The notes: generated by a model not told the origin, from the sequence alone. A stretch of DNA of 64,000 nt from a bacterium (GCA_021785655.1 JAJYET010000003.1:34937-98936), one strand, 5' to 3'; counted from the stretch's first letter, positions 12,287-21,686 are shown. Program-made: numbers and translations.

Positions 12287-12970
12287 GTGAACCCGGTAGC
12301 GGTGGCTCTTCCTCTCTCAGTCGCTGGCGCTGGCGCGCTGGCCTTCGCGGCTCGGCGCTCCCCAGCTGCCGCGTCCGCGCTGCGCCGTGCCCTCGCCTGC
12401 CTTTTGCTGGTATCGGAGGCCACCCTCCTCCTGTGGCCGATGGTCGCTCGGAGCTGGGCTGCCTCCTCGACCCTGCCGCTGCAGTTGTCGGACCTGGCCA
12501 CCATCCTCCTGATCGGCGCGCTGGCGTGGCCCCGCCGCCGCCGGCTGGCGGGCTTGGCCTACCTTCTGGCGGTTCCCAGCTCGCTGCTGGCGCTCGCATT
12601 CCCGGCGCCCGGCGCCATCCCCCCCTCCCCTCTCTACTACGCCTTCTGGGTGGACCACGCGAGCCTCCTGGCCGGAGCAATGGTCATCGCCGCCAGTCCG
12701 CCAGGCCCGAACATCGGCTGGACCCGAGTGGCCTGGGCCTGGCTCGCAACCGCGGCGCTGGCGGCGGTCGACGGGGCGGTCAATCTGGTGACCGAGGGCG
12801 ACTACATGTTCCTCCGGCGCCCCCCGGCAGGCTGGGATCCTCTGAGGGTCATGGGCCCGTGGCCGGCGTACGTCTTCGTCGCCTTCCTCGTGTGCCCCCT
12901 GGTCTTCGTGGTGGTGGGCCTACCGGTCTGGGGCCACGCCGACGCCACTCCCCGGCCCGAGGGCACCTGA
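12287..12970 (+). CDS. Hypothetical integral membrane protein
   Basis: GTG at 12287 (VNPVAVALPLSVAGAGALAF...) is followed by 6-7 TM helices and a YYAFWVDHASL / GPWPAYVFVAF motif. It is divergent from the AlkA-like gene. The ORF-track start at 12089 is an Arg-rich extension. Confidence 0.45.
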   Translation: MNPVAVALPLSVAGAGALAFAARRSPAAASALRRALACLLLVSEATLLLWPMVARSWAASSTLPLQLSDLATILLIGALAWPRRRRLAGLAYLLAVPSSLLALAFPAPGAIPPSPLYYAFWVDHASLLAGAMVIAASPPGPNIGWTRVAWAWLATAALAAVDGAVNLVTEGDYMFLRRPPAGWDPLRVMGPWPAYVFVAFLVCPLVFVVVGLPVWGHADATPRPEGT

Positions 12971-13157
12971 CGGGGCGGCCGCCGCTGCCTCCCCGACGCC
13001 CACCACAGACAGGCCAGCCCCCCCACAGCCGGAGCCGGCAGGGCGCAGGGGCGGAGTCGTGTGAACTCAGCAACCGCCACCGCTCAGACCTTCGGGGGCG
13101 CCACCGCTCTGCACTGACCCGTAGATGTTGAAGCGAGGGCCTGGTCGGGGGCCGGCC

Positions 13158-13505
13158 CTAACTGCGAAGGAGTCGCCAGGTGGCGGCCGCCCCCACCGCA
13201 GCCCCCGCCACCGGCATCCAGCCGATCCTGCCGCGCCGCCAGTGGACCAGAAGAACCGCCAGGTCACCCACCTGGATGGCCTGAGCCAGCCGTGACCAGG
13301 CTCCCGAACCGGGGCCTTCCCGACTCCGGGACCGCGCCATCGCCACACCGATAGCCACGTCCCGGACACCGGCCAGTTGCAGGCCCAAGTCGCCGGAGCC
13401 CGTCGCGCCCAACGCTCTTCGACTCACTGCCCCGCTGCCCGCGAGGAGCACCGTACCCACGGCGATCGCCAGCCAGCCAACTCGACGGGTACCCGTATCG
13501 GTCAT
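13158..13505 (-). CDS. Small hypothetical membrane protein
   Basis: The 115-aa ORF has two hydrophobic segments. Its start overlaps the stop of the upstream SRPBCC gene (4-nt overlap). High GC3. Confidence 0.35.
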   Translation of the reverse strand: MTDTGTRRVGWLAIAVGTVLLAGSGAVSRRALGATGSGDLGLQLAGVRDVAIGVAMARSRSREGPGSGAWSRLAQAIQVGDLAVLLVHWRRGRIGWMPVAGAAVGAAATWRLLRS

Positions 13506-14059
13506 ACCGAGCCCGGGGCATCCTCGGTCGGGCGGGGCTCGGTGAGCTCGGCGATGCGGTCCAGGGTGAGGGTCATGTTGCGCACGGTATGCCGGGGAGT
13601 GCCGAACTTGCCCAGCAGCCAGCGCTGCCTGTCCCCGGATATGTCCCAGGTCTCCCTCAACCTGGTGCCGCCCGGGACCTCCTCTAGCTCGTACCGCCAG
13701 ACCCTGCCCCCGGCCCAGCGGCCGAGCGCGCCGGCCACGGTGGTCCGCCAGGCTATGCGCCGGTCGGGCTCGAACTCGACCACCTCGTTCCGCATCGAGT
13801 AGCGCACCCCGACCCTCATCTCCATTCCGAACACCGCACCGAGCGAGAGCATCCGCGTGGCTCCAGGACGCAGGCGCCGGACGGTGCCAGAGCCGTCGAT
13901 GTCCGGATGGCGGGCCGCATCCGCCACCAGGGCGAAGACAGCCGCCGGGGAAGCGCGGATGGTGCGCTCCACCGAGTACGACTGCTGCACTTGAACACCC
14001 CGCTCAGAACCCGGGTCGGAGTGCCGGGCCCGACTTCGGCCCGGACCTTTGTCTACCAT
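13502..14059 (-). CDS. SRPBCC-superfamily protein (polyketide cyclase / AHSA1-like fold)
   Basis: SYSVERTIRASPAAVFALVADAARHPDIDGSG...EFEPDRRIAWRTT...TRLRETWDISGDRQRW is typical of SRPBCC (Bet v1-like) domains. The start is uncertain: ATG at 14059, or GTG near 13990. Confidence 0.55.
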   Translation of the reverse strand: MVDKGPGRSRARHSDPGSERGVQVQQSYSVERTIRASPAAVFALVADAARHPDIDGSGTVRRLRPGATRMLSLGAVFGMEMRVGVRYSMRNEVVEFEPDRRIAWRTTVAGALGRWAGGRVWRYELEEVPGGTRLRETWDISGDRQRWLLGKFGTPRHTVRNMTLTLDRIAELTEPRPTEDAPGSV

Positions 14060-14066
14060 ACTGGCC

Positions 14067-14528
14067 ATGGACCCGGCTAGCCCAGCGGCTCCCCCCGACT
14101 CGCCCAGGACGGTGCCGGGGGCCGATCTCTGGGACCGGGATCGGGCGTCCCGGTGGTTGGGCATGGCGCTTCTGGAGGTCGCCCCAGGTAGAAGCCGGGT
14201 CTCGATGCGGATCACTCCGCGGATGGCCAACGGGCATGGCATCTGTCACGGGGGCATGATCTTCGCCCTGGCGGACTCGGCCTTCGCCTTCGCCTCCAAC
14301 TCCCGGGGAGGAACGGTGGTGGCGGCCGGCGCGACGGTCGACTTCCTGAGCCCGGGTGTCATCGGAGAGGAGCTGGAGGCCACGGCCACCGTGCGCCATC
14401 TCCAGGGCAAGAGCGGCATCTACGATGTGACGGTCCGGGAGTCCACGAGCCAGCGGCTGGTGGCGGAGTTTCGAGGCCGCTCCCTGAGACTCTCGAACGA
14501 GGGCCCCGCCGCCCGAGAGCCCCTCTGA
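14067..14528 (+). CDS. paaI: Hydroxyphenylacetyl-CoA thioesterase PaaI (hotdog fold)
   Basis: GHGICHGGMIFALADSAFAFASNS...ATVDFLSPG is the PaaI/4HBT hotdog motif. ATG at 14067; the ORF track starts at TTG 14049. It sits immediately upstream of paaK. Confidence 0.7.
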   Translation: MDPASPAAPPDSPRTVPGADLWDRDRASRWLGMALLEVAPGRSRVSMRITPRMANGHGICHGGMIFALADSAFAFASNSRGGTVVAAGATVDFLSPGVIGEELEATATVRHLQGKSGIYDVTVRESTSQRLVAEFRGRSLRLSNEGPAAREPL

Positions 14529-14529
14529 T

Positions 14530-15849
14530 TTGCAGGACCTCACACCGGATCCCTCCACCCTCGACCCCGAGGAGCGGGCCCCCCGGGAACAGCTCCTGGA
14601 GATGCAGTTAACGCGTCTGCGCGAGACGGTGGCTCACGCCTCTCACAACGTGTCCTTCTACAAGCGTGCCCTGGGCGAGGCGGGCATGCAGCCCCAGGAC
14701 ATCAAGTCCCTCGACGATCTTCGCCGCCTTCCCTTCACCTACAAGGAGCAGCTCCGGCAGAACTACCCCCTGGGCATGCTCGCCGTCCCCCGCTCCCAGC
14801 TTCTGCGCATCCATGCCTCCAGCGGCACCACCGGCAAGCCGACGGTGGTCGCCTACACCCGCCGGGACCTGGACACCTGGTCGTCGTTGGTGGCTCGCAG
14901 CATCCGGGCGGCTGGGGGGCGGCCCGGTGACCTGGTTCACGTGGCCTACGGCTACGGGCTGTTCACAGGTGGCCTCGGGGCACACTACGGTGCCGAGCGG
15001 CTGGGATGCACCGTGGTGCCCGCGTCCGGAGGCATGACCGAGCGCCAGGTGACCCTGCTCCGAGACCTGCGGGCCGACGTGATCATGCTCACCCCGTCGT
15101 ACATGCTGGTCATCCTGGACGAGTTCGAGCGGCTGGGCCTCGATCCGCGGGAGTCCCACCTCAAGGTGGGGATCTTCGGCGCCGAGCCCTGGACCGAGGA
15201 GATGCGCCGCGAGATAGAGCAGCGCGCCGACATGCACGCCGTGGACATCTACGGACTCTCGGAGGTGATGGGACCGGGGGTGGCCCAGGAGTGCGTCGAG
15301 ACCAAGGACGGCCTCACGATATGGGAGGACCACTTCCTCCCCGAGGTGGTGGACCCGGTATCCGGTGACCCCCTGCCGGACGGGGAGGTTGGTGAGCTGG
15401 TCCTAACCACGCTCACCAAGGAGGCGATGCCGCTGCTGCGGTACCGTACCCGGGATCTGACCCGCCTGCTCCCGGGGACCGCCCGCCCCATGCGGCGCAT
15501 GGAGCGCATCCGCGGGCGAACCGACGACATGATCATCCTCCGCGGAGTCAATCTCTTCCCCAGCCAGGTGGAGGAGCTGATCCTGGGGATCCCCGGGCTC
15601 TCCCCTCATTTCCTCTGCGTGCTGAGCCGCCCCGAACGGCTGGACGAGATGACGGTCAGGGTCGAGGCGCGGCCGGAGTCCGCCAGCGCCGAGCGGAGGG
15701 AGCGGATGAGGGCCCAACTCTCCGAACGGTTGAAGCAGGCCCTGGGGGTCACCGTGGAAGCCGATGTGATCGAGCCCGGGCTCTTGGAGCGCTCCTTGGG
15801 GAAGGCCAAGCGAGTTTTGGACCTGCGCCCCCATCCACCAGGCGGCTGA
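14530..15849 (+). CDS. paaK: Phenylacetate-CoA ligase PaaK
   Basis: FYKRALGEAGMQPQDIKSLDDLRRLPFTYKEQLRQNYP...SSGTTGKPTVVAYT matches the PaaK N-domain and AMP-binding motif. The TTG start is 2 nt after the paaI stop. Confidence 0.85.
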   Translation: MQDLTPDPSTLDPEERAPREQLLEMQLTRLRETVAHASHNVSFYKRALGEAGMQPQDIKSLDDLRRLPFTYKEQLRQNYPLGMLAVPRSQLLRIHASSGTTGKPTVVAYTRRDLDTWSSLVARSIRAAGGRPGDLVHVAYGYGLFTGGLGAHYGAERLGCTVVPASGGMTERQVTLLRDLRADVIMLTPSYMLVILDEFERLGLDPRESHLKVGIFGAEPWTEEMRREIEQRADMHAVDIYGLSEVMGPGVAQECVETKDGLTIWEDHFLPEVVDPVSGDPLPDGEVGELVLTTLTKEAMPLLRYRTRDLTRLLPGTARPMRRMERIRGRTDDMIILRGVNLFPSQVEELILGIPGLSPHFLCVLSRPERLDEMTVRVEARPESASAERRERMRAQLSERLKQALGVTVEADVIEPGLLERSLGKAKRVLDLRPHPPGG

Positions 15850-16113
15850 CCCCCTCCGAGCCTCCTCGGGCTTCCCGCTCCAGCCGCCGGGACTGCTCGG
15901 CCTCCAGCCCGGGCACCAGCTGGCCGTTGGCGGTCACCACGCGCCACCAGGGTAGACCGCGGGAGGTGGCCAGCACCCTCCCGACCGCGCGGGCAGCCCC
16001 AGGGTGACCGGCGAGGCGGGCCACATCCCCATACGTGAGGATTTCGCCTGGCGAGGTGTCCAAGAGGACGGAGGCCACCATCTCACGGAAAGAAGCCACC
16101 TGGTCATCATCCA
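15749..16113 (-). CDS. Alkyltransferase-like protein (ATL; MGMT DNA-binding fold lacking the catalytic Cys)
   Basis: FREMVASVLLDTSPGEILTYGDVARLAGHPGAARAVGRVLATSRGLPWWRVVTANGQL is the Ogt/MGMT helix-turn-helix region, with PWWRV replacing the PCHRV active site. The start was set to in-frame GTG near 16113. The 3' end overlaps the convergent paaK by about 100 nt. Confidence 0.6.
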
Positions 16114-16702
16114 CGGTCCGGTGGCGCCCGGTCTCCTGCCGACTGCTGAGGAAGACCGGTCGAGTCGCGCCTGGCTCGGGCACCGGTGCCCCCTCCATCT
16201 CGACTTCGAGAACCTGGACCACCTGCTTGTGGCCTGGTCCAGCTCCAGGTGGACCGCCAGGTCTCACGGGTCGAGCAACTGGCCAGGGCTAAGCCGGGCC
16301 CGAGGTCCCGGCCGGCCTCATCATCGCCCGGCCGGCCGGGTGCTTCGCGAGCCGCGACCACCGTTTGCGACTTGGGCAACTCGGCTGCCTGGCGGTCTCC
16401 TCGCCACCGCCCGAGCCGTGGCGGACCACGTGTCCCCCTGATAGAGCTGGTCTCCGACCGTCATCGCACCGGGAAGGTGTGGGTCAGTTCCGGACGGACC
16501 CAGACCTTCAAGCGGCCCTGAACCTCAGGCCATGGGGGCGGGACAGCCCCGCCCGCGGCGGGCCGCTCGCCGGCAGGCCCGGCCGTCGGCGCCGTGAGCC
16601 CCCTGGTACTGCGGAGGTGGGCCGCCGTAAGGGCAGGGTAGCGCAGGCCCTGGACCGGCTGGGATAAAAAGGCGTCCCAGGAGATTCGCCCGGAGGAGGC
16701 GC

Positions 16703-17377
16703 TCAGCCGCTGCTCCGAGAGGAGCGGACCCTGGAGGTCAGACCCTCTCCCGGAGGGCCGAAGAGGCGGTCACCGGCATCCCCCAGCCCCGGGACTATGT
16801 ACCCACGCTCGTCCAGGCTGGGATCCACGGCAGCGCACCAGACCTCTACCCCCGGAGCCTCGGCATGGAAGCGCTGCAGTCCCGGCTGGCTGGCCACGAC
16901 GCTCAGGACCTGGACTCGAGCCGCCTGCCGCCTCTCCACGAATCGAACCGCCTCGATGAGCGACCCACCCGTGGCCAGCATGGGGTCGCAGACGACCACC
17001 CGCCGGCCGGTCAGATCGGCGGGGAGCCCGTCGAGATAGCAGATGGCGGCCAGGGTGGTCTCGTCGCGCTTCAACCCCAGATGGGCGACATCACAGGTCG
17101 GAGCCACCAACTGCACCCCCGGGACCATGCCCAGCCCGGCCCTCAGGATGGGCACCAGAAGCGGCGCCTCCACGATCTCCTGGCACTCCGCCTCCCCCAC
17201 CGGGGTCCGCACGGTGAGATGCCTGGTCTCCAGATCGGACAGCGCCTCGAAGGCGAGAAAGCTGGCCACCTCGGCAATCAGCTCGCGAAAGCGAGAGCGC
17301 GGGGTCGCCTCGGCCCGCAGCTGGGCCAGGCGATCCGCCACCGTAGGGTGGCGGCAGACGTGGACCGGATCCGTCAT
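16703..17377 (-). CDS. upp: Uracil phosphoribosyltransferase
   Basis: The 224-aa ORF is collinear with Upp, including VVVCDPMLATGGS, the PRPP-binding motif. Confidence 0.85.
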   Translation of the reverse strand: MTDPVHVCRHPTVADRLAQLRAEATPRSRFRELIAEVASFLAFEALSDLETRHLTVRTPVGEAECQEIVEAPLLVPILRAGLGMVPGVQLVAPTCDVAHLGLKRDETTLAAICYLDGLPADLTGRRVVVCDPMLATGGSLIEAVRFVERRQAARVQVLSVVASQPGLQRFHAEAPGVEVWCAAVDPSLDERGYIVPGLGDAGDRLFGPPGEGLTSRVRSSRSSG

Positions 17378-17923
17378 GGGTCGATCATCGCTCCGCCGGC
17401 CGTGGCGGCGCCGAGCCGCGCCGACCCACCCCTCCGTGGAGGCCCACTGAGCATGCCATCCCCACCAACTCGGCAGCGCTCATTGGACCTCCGGGCCCCT
17501 ACCACTCACTGATGGAGTTCGCCATCCCCGGGAGCAGCCCAGCGCCCACGCCAGGGCCCAGCCCCTGGCGGAGCGCTCCCGCGCTCGCCGGCGCGGCCGC
17601 CAGCACCGCGACGGTCCGGCGCAGTAGGTGCCCCAGCCGAGCGGCTGGCGGCCCCACACGCGCTCCTCCTTCTCGAGACCAGGGCATCAAGGGCTCGACT
17701 CAGGGCCCGGTGCCGGAAGGCCTGCCGGCTCGGAAACTGGTGGTGCATCTAGGACTTGCCCCGCTCCGCCGCCCGGCCCGGTTGCGCCATGCTGGTCACC
17801 TCATACCCGCGGCGGATGAATTGCGCCACCGCCACCTCGAGCGGGCGGTCCGGGTCGTACCGAGTTCGCTCGATCTCGCCACCTGCAACTCGATCAGCCA
17901 CGTCGCCAAGCATGGAGCGGAAA

Positions 17924-17952
17924 TTGACACCAACTGCGGCCCGGTCCAGAAT
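17924..17952 (+). promoter_or_regulatory. Putative paaA promoter, TTGACA-N17-CAGAAT
   Basis: A perfect -35 hexamer and a 17-nt spacer sit about 35 nt upstream of the paaA RBS GGAAAGGAG and ATG 17987. This AT-containing element stands out in a 70% GC background. Confidence 0.4.
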
Positions 17953-17986
17953 GGCAACCGAACGACCGGTCGGGAAAGGAGCAGCC

Positions 17987-18940
17987 ATGCCCCCCACCTA
18001 CTCCGAGAACAGCCGGGAACTGGCCTTCCAGGAAGCCATTGACGCGGACCGAACTGTGGAGCCGCGCGACTGGATGCCCGACCGGTACCGCAGCACCATG
18101 GTCCGCCAGATCGCCCAGCACGCCCACTCCGAGATCATCGGGATGCAGCCTGAGGGGAATTGGATCACCCGTGCTCCCTCCCTGAGGCGCAAGGCCATCC
18201 TCCTGGCCAAGGTCCAGGATGAGGCCGGTCACGGCCTCTACCTGTACGCGGCGGCCGAAACCCTCGGGGTGGAGCGGAGGGAGTTGCTTGACCTTCTCCT
18301 CGCCGGCCGCCAGAAGTACTCCAGCATCTTCAACTACCCGACCCTGACCTGGGCGGACGTGGGAGCGATCGGCTGGCTGGTGGATGGTGCTGCCATCACC
18401 AACCAGCTCGCCCTCACAAAGACCTCCTACGGGCCGTACGCCCGGGCCATGGTGCGGATCTGCCGGGAGGAGTCCTTCCATCAGCGCCAGGGATTCGAGT
18501 TGCTGGCCGAGCTCTCGCGAGGCACGCCGGCCCAGCACCAGATGGCCCAAGACGCGGTGAATCGGTGGTGGTGGCCGGCGTTGATGATGTTCGGGCCGCC
18601 GGACGCGGAATCCCCCAACACGGCCCAGTCGATGGCCTGGAAGATCAAGCGGGTGAGCAACGACGATCTCCGCCAGCGGTTCGTGGACATGACCGTGCCC
18701 CAGGCCGGGGCTCTGGGCCTGGATCTGCCGGACCCGCAACTGCACTGGAATGAGACCCGACGCCACTACGATTTCGGGCCCATCGACTGGGATGAGTTCC
18801 GCCAGGTGGTTGGCGGCCAAGGACCCTGCAACGTCCAGCGAACCGCGGTTCGCCGGGCAGCCGACCAAGAGGGGGCCTGGGTCCGGGAGGCGGCCAGAGC
18901 GTGGGAGGGCCGGCAGCAGGGCCGGACGTCCGCAGCGTGA
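17987..18940 (+). CDS. paaA: 1,2-phenylacetyl-CoA epoxidase subunit A
   Basis: [31 protein letters not shown]...[22 protein letters not shown] is the PaaA ferritin-like di-iron protein. ATG at 17987 has a strong SD. The ORF-track start at 17756 is an upstream extension. Confidence 0.9.
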   Translation: MPPTYSENSRELAFQEAIDADRTVEPRDWMPDRYRSTMVRQIAQHAHSEIIGMQPEGNWITRAPSLRRKAILLAKVQDEAGHGLYLYAAAETLGVERRELLDLLLAGRQKYSSIFNYPTLTWADVGAIGWLVDGAAITNQLALTKTSYGPYARAMVRICREESFHQRQGFELLAELSRGTPAQHQMAQDAVNRWWWPALMMFGPPDAESPNTAQSMAWKIKRVSNDDLRQRFVDMTVPQAGALGLDLPDPQLHWNETRRHYDFGPIDWDEFRQVVGGQGPCNVQRTAVRRAADQEGAWVREAARAWEGRQQGRTSAA

Positions 18941-19224
18941 GCGAGGCGGACGACTGGCCACTCTGGGAGGTCTTCCTGCGAGGAAGGCGGGGTCTCTCGC
19001 ACCAACATGTGGGGTCACTTCACGCCCCCGATCCGGAGCTGGCTCTGCAGAACGCCCGCGATCTGTACACCCGGAGAGGTGAGGGGGTCTCCATCTGGGT
19101 GGTCCGATCCACAGAGGTACACGCCTCTGATCCCGACGACCAAGGGCCGTTGTTTGATCCACCCGCGGACAAAGCCTATCGCCACCCCACCTTCTACAAG
19201 GTGCCCGAGGACCTGCACCTTTGA
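18937..19224 (+). CDS. paaB: 1,2-phenylacetyl-CoA epoxidase subunit B
   Basis: [50 protein letters not shown]...RHPTFY is near-identical in layout to E. coli PaaB (95 aa). The GTG start overlaps the paaA stop (GTGA). Confidence 0.85.
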   Translation: MSEADDWPLWEVFLRGRRGLSHQHVGSLHAPDPELALQNARDLYTRRGEGVSIWVVRSTEVHASDPDDQGPLFDPPADKAYRHPTFYKVPEDLHL

Positions 19225-19997
19225 CGGTCGAAGCTGCTGAGCTCTCGGCCGTCGGCATTCACGAGGTGGCACTGGCACTGGGGGACGACTGCCTGGTGCT
19301 GTCCCATCGGCTGGCCGAATGGACCGCCCATGCGCCCGAGCTGGAGGAGGAGGTGGCCCTCGCCAACCTGGCCCTGGACCTCCTGGGACAGGCCCGCTCC
19401 CTGCTGACCCTGGCCGGTGAGACGGAGGGCCGGGGCCGGGATGAGGACCAGCTCGCCTACTGGCGAGACGACCGGGAGTTCCGCAATCTCCTGCTGGTGG
19501 AGCAACCCAACGGGGACTTCGCCGTCACCATGACCCGCCAGCTGTTCTTCTCCACCTACCAGGAGCTCCTCTACGCCCGAATGGCGGCCGGGACCGAACC
19601 GCGGCTCGCTGCCATCGCCGCCAAGGGCGTCATGGAGGCCCGCTACCACCTCGAGCATTCCCGCCTCTGGGTCCAACGGCTGGGCGGGGGAACTGAGGAG
19701 AGCCACCGTAGGATGCAGCGCGCACTGGAGCTGCTCTGGCCCTACACGCACGAGCTCTTCGAGGCCAGCCCGCCCTGGGTTCGGGCCGCCGACGTGGGCG
19801 CGCTGCCGCCGCCGACCGCGATCGAGGAGCCCTGGCGGCATTCGATCGAGGCTCTGCTGGCGGCCTCGCAACTGGAGATCCCGGACTTCAGGGCATGGCA
19901 GTCGGGGGGGCGCCAGGGGCGCCATTCCGAGCACCTAGGTCACCTCTTGGCGGAGATGCAGCACCTGCACCGCTCCCACCCCAATGCCACCTGGTAG
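19221..19997 (+). CDS. paaC: 1,2-phenylacetyl-CoA epoxidase subunit C
   Basis: The 258-aa ferritin-like PaaC sits immediately after paaB. The TTG start overlaps the paaB stop (TTGA). Confidence 0.85.
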   Translation: MTVEAAELSAVGIHEVALALGDDCLVLSHRLAEWTAHAPELEEEVALANLALDLLGQARSLLTLAGETEGRGRDEDQLAYWRDDREFRNLLLVEQPNGDFAVTMTRQLFFSTYQELLYARMAAGTEPRLAAIAAKGVMEARYHLEHSRLWVQRLGGGTEESHRRMQRALELLWPYTHELFEASPPWVRAADVGALPPPTAIEEPWRHSIEALLAASQLEIPDFRAWQSGGRQGRHSEHLGHLLAEMQHLHRSHPNATW

Positions 19998-20463
19998 GGA
20001 CCTGGCCCAGCGGCTGGCCGCCGACGTGCCAGATCCCGAGCTCCCCTTCCTCACGCTGGGGGATCTGGGGATCCTCCGCCGGGTGGAGGTGGATCTCGAG
20101 GGCACGGTTAGGGTGGTGCTGACCCCCACGTACTCGGGATGTCCCGCTGTCAGCCATATGGCCAAGGAGGTCCGGCGCACCCTGATGGACGCGGGATTCC
20201 ATTCGGTCCAGGTGGACACCGAGTTGTCACCGGCCTGGAGCACCGATCGACTCGGTCCGAACGCCAGGGCCAAGTTGGAGGCCATGGAGATAGCCCCTCC
20301 CCCACCCCCGGCCGCAGCTCCGGTCGCGCTCACCCTCAAGTGCCCGCACTGTGGGTCGCTGCGGACCAGAGAGCTGAGTCACTTCGGCTCAACCGCCTGC
20401 AAGTCGCTCTGGCGGTGTCAGAATTGCAGCGAGCCCTTCGAGCACTTCAAGGCGCTGCGGTGA
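19984..20463 (+). CDS. paaD: Phenylacetate-CoA oxygenase subunit PaaD (DUF59/MIP18-like, with C-terminal Cys cluster)
   Basis: LTLGDLGILRRVEVD...VVLTPTYSGCPA (SufT/PaaD-like) plus C-terminal CPHCGS...CQNCSEPF. The ATG overlaps the paaC end by 14 nt. Confidence 0.8.
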   Translation: MPPGRDLAQRLAADVPDPELPFLTLGDLGILRRVEVDLEGTVRVVLTPTYSGCPAVSHMAKEVRRTLMDAGFHSVQVDTELSPAWSTDRLGPNARAKLEAMEIAPPPPPAAAPVALTLKCPHCGSLRTRELSHFGSTACKSLWRCQNCSEPFEHFKALR

Positions 20464-20471
20464 TAGCTCCC

Positions 20472-21563
20472 GTGGAGATCCCGCGGGGTGGTGCCCGGGG
20501 CAACTTTCACCGGCTGGCGGTCTCCGCAATCGAGCGGGTGGCGGACGATGCCGTGGCGGTCACCTTCGAGGCTCCCGTGGACCGCCCGAAGGCCTTCCAG
20601 TTCCGGGCCGGCCAGCACCTCACCGTGCGCTTCGCACTCGCGGCTGGGGACCAGCGCCGTTCCTACTCCATCTGCAGTCCCGCCCCTCTCGGATCGCTTC
20701 GGGTCGGAGTCAGGAGGCTGGCCGGAGGCCTGGTGTCCACCCACATCCACGACCACCTTCGGGTGGGGGACCTGGTCGACGTGATGCCCCCGGCGGGCTC
20801 GTTCACCTTGGCGCCTGGCCCCCACCTCGGACGGTTGGTGGCTCTGGCGGCTGGCTCGGGGATCACCCCGGTTCTCTCCCTGGTGGCCACCGCCCTGCGG
20901 TCCGATCCCCAGGCGGAGTTCACGGTGGTGTACTCGAATCGCTCGGTGAGTTCGGCGATGTTCCTCGACGAACTAGCCGACCTCAAGGACCGGTGGCCGG
21001 CGCGGCTGCAGCTCATCCACCTCTTCTCCCGGGAACCCCAGACCTTGGCTGCCCGCAACGGCAGGCTCGACCGCTCCAGGCTCCTTGGTCTGATGGACGA
21101 GCTGCTGCGGCCAGAGACCGTGTCCGCGTGGTATCTCTGCGGCCCCGTGGGGATGGTGGGAACTGCCCAAGAGGTCCTCGCCGAGGCGGGGATCCCTCCG
21201 GAGAGGATCAAGCGGGAGCTGTTCTTCGTCGAGGACGAGCCTCCCGTTCGCTCCGCCGCCGAGGCCATCGAGCTCGCCCGTCCGGGCGAGGTCACCGTGA
21301 GGGCCCGCCTCAACGGTCGGGAGACGACCTTCGTCACCCGCCGCGACCTCGCCCTTGTCGATGGGCTGGCGGCGGTCCGGGAGGATGCCCCCTTCTCGTG
21401 CAAGGGCGGGGTCTGCGCCACCTGCCGCGCTCGGCTCCTCGAAGGTCGGGTCGCGATGGACCACACCTACGCCCTCGACGCGAGCGATCGGGAGCGCGGC
21501 TTCGTGCTCACCTGCCAGGCTCACCCGCTCACGGATGTGATCGCTCTCGACTACGACGCCTGA
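20472..21563 (+). CDS. paaE: Phenylacetate-CoA oxygenase/reductase PaaE (FNR-like reductase with plant-type 2Fe-2S domain)
   Basis: FHRLAVSAIERVADDAVAVTFE (FAD-binding beta-barrel), RSYSICS, and C-terminal CKGGVCATCRARLLEG...C (2Fe-2S). GTG at 20472 is in frame 9 nt after the paaD stop. The ORF-track start at 20139 overlaps paaD. Confidence 0.85.
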   Translation: MEIPRGGARGNFHRLAVSAIERVADDAVAVTFEAPVDRPKAFQFRAGQHLTVRFALAAGDQRRSYSICSPAPLGSLRVGVRRLAGGLVSTHIHDHLRVGDLVDVMPPAGSFTLAPGPHLGRLVALAAGSGITPVLSLVATALRSDPQAEFTVVYSNRSVSSAMFLDELADLKDRWPARLQLIHLFSREPQTLAARNGRLDRSRLLGLMDELLRPETVSAWYLCGPVGMVGTAQEVLAEAGIPPERIKRELFFVEDEPPVRSAAEAIELARPGEVTVRARLNGRETTFVTRRDLALVDGLAAVREDAPFSCKGGVCATCRARLLEGRVAMDHTYALDASDRERGFVLTCQAHPLTDVIALDYDA

Positions 21564-21686
21564 CGGCGAGGGGCTGCGCCACGGAGCCCAGGTGTAATCC
21601 GGGGGGCGGCCGGAGGAGTCCCGATGGGATCATAGGACCGTTCCCGTGGAACCAGGTCCACGACGCCCAGCTCTGGAGGGCCCCAG

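Noticed and set aside
17506-17997. Two same-frame minus-strand ORFs (82 + 80 aa) upstream of paaA, possibly one interrupted gene
   Set aside because: The third codon positions are T-rich, unlike every confident gene in the window, and I recognised no motif. I treated it as non-coding promoter DNA, but flagged it in the findings.
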